In this document: positions 24,838 through 33,239 of the stretch, in pieces
How positions within the stretch are numbered: position 1 is the stretch's first letter
Layout of the letters: every line of letters begins with the position of its first letter
Assembly (NCBI GenBank): GCA_010356995.1
Contig: ML996688.1
Coordinates: 1,710,579 to 1,774,578 of the forward strand
DNA length: 64,000 nt
Origin: Trichodelitschia bisporula
Taxonomy: Eukaryota
Direction: 5' to 3'
The notes under the pieces: model-generated
The model's database searches: none
What the model saw: the letters and a program-made list of their open reading frames with translations, nothing else
Told to the model about the DNA's origin: nothing
Translations under genes and position numbers: made by a program

Positions 24838-25431
24838 GGCTGTGTTGCTTCATTTGGAGGGTCTAAATGTCCGGTATGAGCGGTTCTGTTGGATAGCACT
24901 TTAGTAATGTGGTAATGTTTGACTCCGAAGGCTCAGCCAATTCACCAAGGCTGATATCTAAGATGCTCCTGTGGATAAGTCCATTCAGCAAAGCCTTACA
25001 TAAAAACCCCTCTCGCGAGCAAGTCCAGCAGCAAAGCTACGGGTACCTATTCCACATTCCATTTGCAGGCTGCAACACGTGGACATCCAGTACGGGTACG
25101 GTAAAACCCGTCCCATTTCCGCGCCCCCGCGGATCGACACCCAATCCCCCGAACCACCAATCGGCACCTCCGAACCCCTCCCATGCGCCCGGGCCGTGCA
25201 TGCGACCGTCTAACCCAGCTTCCCGTCTGGATCATAGCCCGAAGCCGCACCCCTGTTGGTGTTCCATCGGCTCAGCTGCGGGGGACCAATCAGCGCCCAG
25301 CACAGCCATCTGGCAGCAAGGCGCGGCTGAAGACACTCAGCCTACGATCAACGCGGTACATAACCCGGCGGACCTCACATCTCCGCAATAGCACAAGGCC
25401 AAGTCCCTCGTTTCTTTACCCCACGAGCACA

Positions 25432-26390
25432 ATGCGCCCCACTCTCCTGCTCGCTGCGCTCGGCCCCCTCCCCACAGCCCTAGCCTGGGGCGCGCTGGGG
25501 CACTCCACCGTCGCACTCATCGCGCAAGCACTCATCAAGCCGGAAACACAGACCTGGGCGCAAGGCGTACTGGCCAACAAGAACAGCACCTACCTCGCCG
25601 ACGTCGCGAACTGGGCCGATTCATACCGGTCCACCTCAGCGGGCGCATTCTCGAGTCCTTACCACTACATCGACGCAGAAGATTCACCGCCGCATAACTG
25701 CAGCGTGGATTTTGAGCGGGATTGCGGGCCGGGGGGGTGTGTCGTTGCTGCTATTGCGAATTACGTGAGTTGGCTCTCGAAGGCGGCGGGGCAAGGCTGA
25801 TAGGGTCAGACGACGCGCGTGCAAGACTCGACACTCCCCAGCATCGAGCGCGACCACGCCCTGCGCTTCGTCGTGCACTTCGTCGGGGACATCCACCAGC
25901 CGCTGCACTGCGAAGCGCTTGAGAAGGGCGGCAACGGGATCAAAGTGACCTTCAACGGGTCCTCCACGAACCTGCACCACGTGTGGGACAGCAACATCGC
26001 CGAGAAACTGATCGGAGGGTTTAATACCACTTATGCTGCTAAATGGATGGCGCAGTTGGTGCCTGCACTGCAGACTGGGGTGTATGCTGCGCAGACGAAG
26101 GGTTGGACGAAGGGGTTGAGTGTGGGGAAGGCGAAGGAGGCGGCGCTGTTGTGGGCGGGGGAGGCGAATGGGGAGGTTTGTACGGCGGTTATGCCGCAGG
26201 GTGTTGATGCGGTGGAGACGGGCGATTTGGCGGGGAAGTATTATACGGGGACGGCGCCGGTGGTGCAGGAGCAGATTGCGAAGGGTGAGTTTGGAGCGTT
26301 GGTTTTTCTGGATGCGGGCTAATTCGTGCAGCGGGGTATCGGCTTGCGGCGTGGTTGGATTTGATTGCGACGGGATGTACGGCATTGTAG
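25432..26390 (+). CDS. Secreted S1/P1 nuclease, 2 introns
   Basis: Signal peptide followed by mature N-terminal WGALGH. Motifs ANWADSYR, HYIDA, HFVGDIHQPLH, NLHHVWD and AGYRLAAWLD. Confidence 0.95.
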
Positions 26391-27438
26391 AGGGGCGGGT
26401 ATTAGGAGTGGGTTTTGGTCGGGTAATCGGATGGGGCCGCGATAAGGGACGAGGCCGGGTTGTACATGCGAGGACGATATTCCGGCTCATCGGGCTATTC
26501 TGGGGAAACATTGGATATCCGAGTAAACGCGGGCCTTCAAGCCCGAGATGCTGTCGAAGCTACAATATGCTAAGCTTCCTTGCCGGGGAATCATGTGCGC
26601 TTCTTGATATTGCGGTACGCAAAATTGATGTTGCTAATTCCGTATTCCGTGGACCTAGATTAACGATCAGCATCCGCTCCAGTTCCTGGCGCCCGGAACA
26701 GTCCAGACGTCGCTCCTTGCCGGGCCGGAAGAGTCGAGCAATATATACACGATAAAGTGGAGATGCAAAGTCGTCGAGAGTGTGGAGTCTTAGTTCTGGA
26801 CTCGAAAAATAGCCACAAAGCCAAGCGCCACTCGAAACGGCGCGGCCCGCATCGACGCCCCACGCCTCAACACCAACGTCGCGCCATCATGGCAACCCGG
26901 CATACAACTCATGATGCCCGCGCTGCTCAGTCTGCGAACACAGCCTTTTCCTGTGCGAAACAACCCTCCGAGTAGAGCCTCTAGCAATAACCCCCGCCCC
27001 AGATCGCCATTTCCAACGCCAAATACTCGTCAATCCAACCACCAAGCCCGTCAATCCAACCCCAAAACCCCATAAACATCTCTCCCGTTTCAACGTCGCC
27101 AATCCTTCCCATTTCCCATAATATGTCCTACTCATATGCCTAGCTGTTACTACTCACTTTCCCCAGATCCCGCAGCAATATACGTGACGCACGGGCATCC
27201 AACCACTCAAAATACCTGTCAAATTTGATCTTGATTCATGCGTACTGCGCCCAGGGTGCACACTATATCTACACCACGAGCGCCAGACGCTAAAATAACG
27301 ACATCAACAATCACAGTTCCATTCTTTAGTTCAGCCTCACCGTTCTCAGCAGCCTCATTTGTTCCCGCAAGACTTCGTCTGTTTCTTCTTCAAACCTACA
27401 CACTTTTTCCATCCACCAGTCCCCGCCAAATAACCACC

Positions 27439-27807
27439 ATGCGCTTCATCGCCATTCTCGCTCTCCTTCCCCTCATGGCTTACGCCCTCCCCAACGTCCG
27501 TCCCCTCCCTCCCCTCCAAACCCCCATAAAACTAACACGCCCCCAGCCCACTCAAACCCCCCAAATCGGCGCCGCCTTCGCCTGCACCACGCACTCCGAC
27601 TGCGCCGTCAAAAACCGTCCCAACTGCTGCGGCCATCAAGACGTATGCGCGCACCAGTCCGCCGTTTTCAGCGAGAACCCGAACTGCGCGGGCAGGATGT
27701 CTGTGTGCGGTTTCGTGAAGATCGCGGCGTGTGAATGCCGGAATGGGGCGTGTGCGGCGGCAAGGCCGGTGATGGGGAGTGCGGGAGGGAGTGAGAGTCC
27801 AGTGTAG
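27439..27807 (+). CDS. Small secreted cysteine-rich protein (10 Cys), 1 intron
   Basis: MRFIAILALLPLMAYALP signal peptide, a 51-nt intron 27496-27546 (GTCCGT..CTAAC..CAG), then CTTHSDCAVKNRPNCCGHQDVC..C..SVCGF..CECRNGAC. Confidence 0.85.
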   Translation: MRFIAILALLPLMAYALPNVRPLPPLQTPIKLTRPQPTQTPQIGAAFACTTHSDCAVKNRPNCCGHQDVCAHQSAVFSENPNCAGRMSVCGFVKIAACECRNGACAAARPVMGSAGGSESPV

Positions 27808-28077
27808 GGGGGATTATGGCGAGATATTGAGGTTCGACGGCGTGGCTGAGGGGGGAGATATACTGTAGGATCATCGCATTTTTGCTAGCTGAACGGCATG
27901 ACGTGCCTTTTTCCATACCAGTCCCCGTCCGCACGAACCTGGACAGCCACAGCTACCGCTACGCCTGGACGCTCGCCCCTTCCCTCCTCCACTGTCTCCG
28001 GTTTGCCCCTTCCCCCCTTACAAGCCCACACTCTCACCTCTCTATATGCCGGCCGCTTTCATCTCCTTCCATCAAGC

Positions 28078-28149
28078 AGCCGGATGGCGCAACAGAGGCT
28101 CGCCGCGCTCACTCCTCGGAGGTCGTTGGATCAACACCAACTTCGGCTA
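28078..28149 (+). tRNA. Initiator-tRNA-derived gene, copy 1, anticodon CAC (probably a pseudogene)
   Basis: 72-nt cloverleaf: acceptor AGCCGGA/TTCGGCT, anticodon arm CCGCG-CTCACTC-CTCGG, T arm GTTGG-ATCAACA-CCAAC, followed by a T6 terminator. The D loop and B box are degraded. Confidence 0.7.
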
Positions 28150-28408
28150 TATTTTTTGGCCCTTTTTGGGCTTTTCGGGCCTTTTCTTTGGGCACCGAGG
28201 ATACTGGAAGTTGGGACGGGCAGACGATAGATGAGATCGGGGGAGGTAGTGTAGAATCGCTTTTCGTGCTGCTGAGCAGCGACATGTGTGATGCTATGTC
28301 GGTCGCCGTCCACACCTGCACGTACCCGAGCAGCCACGCCCACAGCCACACCGCCTCCCCCTTTCGAAACTCCGCAGTTTGCCCTTCGTTCAATTCCCTC
28401 CTATCAAT

Positions 28409-28481
28409 AGTTGTTGTGGCGTAGCGGAAGCGTAGCGGGTTCATAACCCGGGGGACGGTGGATCAAAACCACCTTCAGCCC
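28409..28481 (+). tRNA. Initiator tRNA-Met(CAT)-like gene, copy 2, acceptor stem disrupted (pseudogene-like)
   Basis: TGGCGTAGCGGAAGCG D arm, CGGG-TTCATAA-CCCG anticodon arm with the initiator GGG/CCC pairs, GGTGG-ATCAAAA-CCACC T arm and a T5 terminator. Confidence 0.75.
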
Positions 28482-28756
28482 TTTTTGGAGTCTTTTAGAC
28501 TTTTCTTTGGAGTGTCGAGAATGTTTTGGGCTGGAATGGACGGGCGGTAGGCTGGACTGGAGGGGGCGTACTGAAGGATACCGCTTTTTTGACAGTTGAA
28601 GGGCGTGATGTGCCGGTTTTTATGCCAGTCTTCCACACCCGCCACTCATTCCTTCCCCCGTTCTTCCCTCCTTCCCGCCAGCACTCCCCCGCCACCCCCA
28701 CAAGGCCACACTCTCGGTCTTTACACACCGACGGCTTCAATCACTCCCCATCAAGC

Positions 28757-28828
28757 AGCTGAATTGTGCAGCGGAAGCGCGCCCAGCTCACACCTGGGAG
28801 GACGGTGGATCGAAACCACCTTTGGCTA
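28757..28828 (+). tRNA. Initiator-tRNA-derived gene, copy 3, intact cloverleaf with CAC anticodon
   Basis: AGCTGAA/TTTGGCT acceptor (A1:U72), GTGC-AGCGGAA-GCGC D arm, CCCAG-CTCACAC-CTGGG anticodon arm, GGTGG-ATCGAAA-CCACC initiator-type T arm, discriminator A and a T6 terminator. Confidence 0.85.
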
Positions 28829-29099
28829 GCTTTTTTGGAGACTTTCGGGGTTTTCTTTGAGTGCGGAGGCTGTTTGGAGTTGGAATGGGTGTAGATGGGG
28901 CTGGGCTGTGTCGGAGAGCGATGGGTGGTGGAGGAATTGCGTGGGAGGGTGGGTTAAGGGTGGACTAGGATGCAGGGTCAGAGGTGGAAGAATATTTACA
29001 GTCCCTGACAATACGGTGCCTTGACGATATGCACGGCCGTATCTCAGGAAACCTTAATCCCATCAGCAAAGCCAGCAAGACCATCGAATCACTCACCCG

Positions 29100-30011
29100 C
29101 TAAACAACCCACACCCCCCTCGCCTTAACACAAACCGTCCCATCCAACCTCTCCGCCGCCCCCTCGACAACATACTCCCTCCCCCCCTTAACCACCTCCT
29201 CCGCCTTCCCGCCCCAAAACCAACCAAACCAGCCCCGTCCCACCTTCTCCGTAAGATCCTTCTCCCTCTCCAACCCCAGGTCCACGCTCCCCTTCCCGTT
29301 CTCCCCTCCCTCCCCGGGCGGCAGGACCTTAAACCGCAACGCATAAAAATCCCTCGCATTCTTCGGCTTCACATACGTAAGCCCCAGATGCTTCGGTTCC
29401 GGCGGCGTGTCCCCAAGGAACGTCTCCGCTTCCCTCCCTTCCTTACGGCCCTGAACCCACTGCACCCCCCTGCCCATCCCCTCCACCAAAACCGTCGCAA
29501 CGCCCCCGCCATGCGCAAGGCCAGGCCACCCGCTCATCCCCCCGCCCACCCAAAACACCACAACGCCCTCCCCGCGCTCCCCAGACCAGAATACCCGTCG
29601 CTCGCCCAACCCCGCGACACCGGCTAGCGTCTCGCCGACTAAGCGTCCCGCGCTGCTCCAGGGCACGGTGAGCTCTTCCCATCGGCCTTCGGCCTCTTCG
29701 GCACGCAGGCGCTGGACGAAGGGCAGGCTGTCGAGGCGCGTGTGCAGCTCTGCGAGGTCGGCTAGGTGTTGTGGTGTGCCAGGCAGAGCGAGAGGCGAGG
29801 GGCGGATGATGCGCGAGGCGATGGTCCCAGATGTCCAGCCTAGGCTGAGGAAGAGGGCTGCGTAGGCGAGGGGGCGGAGGAGGGAGCGGCGGGGTTTGGG
29901 TGGAGGGGAAATCGGTGCGGTGGCTGAGGTTGAGGTCGGGCGGTGGAGACGCGGGTGAGATTTGAGAGGGCGGAGGAGGGTGGGAGTGTGGGGACGTAGT
30001 CGTGGTGGCAT
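29100..30011 (-). CDS. Mitochondrial hotdog-fold thioesterase family protein (Fmp10-like)
   Basis: Arg-rich presequence MPPRLRP.., one TM segment, LVGETLAG and the PaaI-type motif SGWPGLAHGGGVATVL. Confidence 0.75.
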   Translation of the reverse strand: MPPRLRPHTPTLLRPLKSHPRLHRPTSTSATAPISPPPKPRRSLLRPLAYAALFLSLGWTSGTIASRIIRPSPLALPGTPQHLADLAELHTRLDSLPFVQRLRAEEAEGRWEELTVPWSSAGRLVGETLAGVAGLGERRVFWSGERGEGVVVFWVGGGMSGWPGLAHGGGVATVLVEGMGRGVQWVQGRKEGREAETFLGDTPPEPKHLGLTYVKPKNARDFYALRFKVLPPGEGGENGKGSVDLGLEREKDLTEKVGRGWFGWFWGGKAEEVVKGGREYVVEGAAERLDGTVCVKARGVWVV

Positions 30012-31252
30012 TGTGGTGGTTATGGTTGTGGTTGTGGTTTGGATTGTGATGCCGAGGGCCGTCAATGTCGTGAAGTCGTCGAGAGAGTGGTGAGGCAACA
30101 AGGCTGCAGTGCCAAGATATATAATCACGTGACAGAAAGGTTGGAAATGTAGCTACTTGCTTAATTGACTTCCATTGTCTTCACCTTAACATCCTGAATC
30201 TCATTCCTGCTCTCCATACTTGCCATGGACGAGAAGATTGAGTTCAGAACGGTGTGGCTGGACTAAAGTTTAGGTGTGGCCCCGCTTCCGTTGGGCGGCG
30301 GCGGTTAGCGTAAGCGCCATTAGCCTTGGCTATGACGTCGATTAAAATGAGAGTGAGGGGTTTGAAACAAAGAGCGACTTGGGGGAAATTGTTTTGGATA
30401 GAAGGAGCTATGAGAAGTGCCAGTTCATTCCAGAAAGGAAGGCCTTGCGTCGATCGTGACTGCTTTTGGGCGCGGCCTAATTCGCGTGTGACTACTTTGG
30501 GGATGCTCATGTGGCAGGATGAGGTTGCTTTGGGCACGAGTTCTCATGCGGGTTGGGAGGGGCTGGTGCTGAGAGAGAGGGTCCGGAAAAACGGCGCGGA
30601 ATCAAGCTTTTCGCACCAAGTGGGTGGGATGCGTTGTTTTCGACGATACGTCCAGTTGCCCCTCACTCACCGTCCGAATTTGGCGATGCATGTCTGAAGT
30701 TCCAACTTCAGGGATCACAGAAAGGGTAATGCGTGGCTGAGTTCCAACTTCGAAATCCAAGCGGCGCGATGCATGTCTCAGTTCCAACTTCAGGTTCCTG
30801 GAAGTCGGTGAATTCCCACAAACTAGGCCAATGGCCGGTGCTGAGCCACAAGTCTCAATCCCAGAAGGCGATGGACCCTCATGAACCAGACCGCAGACCG
30901 CTGTCGACGAACCACGCATCTCAATCCCTCCGCAGTGGAGAGATATCGCAAGCCGTGCAACTGACCCACCGGTCCGGTCCGTCCAATCCATAGACAGGAA
31001 GAAGTAAACATCGAAACATGGTCAAATCACAGTGCAAAAGCTTCAGCAGGTCATTCATCCATTCTCTAGACACATCTAGGACGCGCTCCCTCCTCCACCA
31101 TGATTAACCCATCGCATCGCAAAACACCGCACGACAGGCAGAAAAACGCAGCAGGCATCATCCACAACAAAACAAGGGTATCGAATAGCACCACCTCTCT
31201 CATCCCTTCGTCTCCTCAATCAAACGCCTATCGCTACACCCGTCTCATCAGC

Positions 31253-31538
31253 CTATATGACACTACGGTGGGTGGTAGAATGGTGCGTGCCATGGCGGGC
31301 GCGAGTGCGGCGACGACCGCTCCGACCGCAGGTCAGGCAGCTGATGATGATGTCGAAGACGGACACGAAGGCGTTGACGATGGCGTGCAGGACCGCGCCG
31401 ATGGCGTTGACGATGGCCATGAGGCAGTTGCCGATGGCGCGGAAGACGCCCTTGATCTGTGGCGGGGGTTAGCAGATGCTCAATTTATTAACAGTAGAAA
31501 GTAGAAGGCCGACGTACGCAAGAAACGACGGCGCCCAT
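31253..31538 (-). CDS. 74-aa small amphipathic protein with MG-x4-C N-terminus (absent from the ORF track), 1 intron
   Basis: ATGGGCGCCGTCGTTTCTTGC|GTACGT..CTAAC..CAG|ATCAAG.. gives MGAVVSC IKGVFRAIGNCLMAIVNAIGAVLHAIVNAFVSVFDIIISCLTCGRSGRRRTRARHGTHHSTTHRSVI. Confidence 0.85.
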
Positions 31539-33239
31539 AATGTCTGTAGTGTAGAGTTGCGGTGTATGTGGAGATTGAAGAAGCGTTCGAGGAAGATTGG
31601 TTGTAGCGTGGAAGTTCTGGTTGTGAAGTCGGAGGTGTGATTGTTTTGCAGCAGAGTGACAAGAACCACCGCGCTTTATGAACTCCCAGCCCGCCCCTCC
31701 CCGCCCCCGGGGCCAAGCAAGCTCCTTCCCTGCTTTTCACCAGTGAGCAGCCCTAGTCGCGCCCTAGCCTCATAAAGCACAGGCCGCCTACGTCATGCCT
31801 CGTCCCGGAGGGCTGGTTGCGGCTAGTGCATTGCGCTGGGTGTGGCACAGCTGGCGCTCGATGCAGCGGGTGCGGAAGAGGGCTGGAGCGGGGTGGGGCC
31901 AATGCGGTGCCTGGAGGGGGATGGGCCTAACAACGAAATGAAGGTGGGGCGCGTCGCGGACTTCGGTGAGGGGAGTGAGAATCGACGTGTTTCTCGCCTC
32001 GCAGTCGAGATTAAACGGCGCATGGCTCGTGGTACCCGCGGAGAGAAGGAAGCCAAATGCCGTTTTCGTGAAGCAAACGCCCTCGCTCACTCCCTCCCAC
32101 GCCCCCATCCTCATCACCGTGAACGCTCATCGCTGTGTCTGCAATGCACCAGCCCCACGTCACCAGCCACACCTCCTCAAGCTCAAACACCCGATACCCG
32201 CCCAGCGCGCCCATCATACCCGAAACCAAGGCCCCCCCGCATGCCACGCGCTGCGCAGATCCATACGTGCCACCTTAGCTGACGTCAGTGGCGCAGTGTG
32301 TGGCGCTTCACGGATTGTGGCGAGTGCTCCCGCTGCGGAGTGATGTCATGGTGTCACAGGGGTGGTGGGCTGGTGCACGGAATGCGGGATTGATGCGGTA
32401 GGAGTTGCGTTACGGAGATTGAATCGCTGATGAGGTACGTAGTAGGCTGGAAATGACCGCTCTGTGGGGCTGGATTCGCCGAGGCATGAAGTACGGTACA
32501 TACCGTCGGAAGAGCGGAGGACGGTGCGTGAAGGCGCCTACCCCCGTTGGCATCCAAATCGACGATTATCGTGACATCTCCTAATTGGAGCTTCTAACTT
32601 GAGCACTCTAGACTCCTATCATCTTGCTCAATGTCGCCATTTGGCTCGTCTGCTCTGGACGTTGATCTACGGACTCGATTTGAGGTTCGTGAGACCCACT
32701 AAGAGCCTGGTAACGATGAAGAGCACACTTCGCCGGCTCGCTCCAGATACGGACGTCAAATTGAGGTCCTTATCCCCACCGCACACCCGCTCCCCTCACC
32801 CGCCGTACCATTCTCCGGTCCGTCACGGCTCCAACCGCGGGAAGCTCCTACCGTACTCTCGCCCCTACCACTCGGCCCCATTCTCCGTCCTCCCCCAAAG
32901 GGTCCACCGTCAGGCTGTAGCCCAACACAAGGCTGGCCTCACCACCAGGCCATCACCATCGTGACACTCAATGCAATTCATCTATATATCCCCAAACCCG
33001 CCACCATATACCAAAAATGCAACCCGTTTCCGCCGCACTCCACGCTATGCAATGCCCATGTGCCCGATATACCGCGTCCGCGTAAAAATCCGCACCCTGC
33101 GTCAGCGCCTTTACGCGCTCATCACTCCCTCATGAAAAGCTATCCCTCTCCCCCCCCTTCACCTTCACCTTCCCCTCTTCAATCTTCTGTTCTCGCGCCG
33201 CCGCCGTCCCCGCACTTTCACGCAGAGCCCTCAGCCCTC

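Noticed and set aside
30683..30794. CRISPR-like spacing of short repeats
   Set aside because: The context is eukaryotic, the core is only 12 bp, spacers are partly homologous and no cas genes are present.
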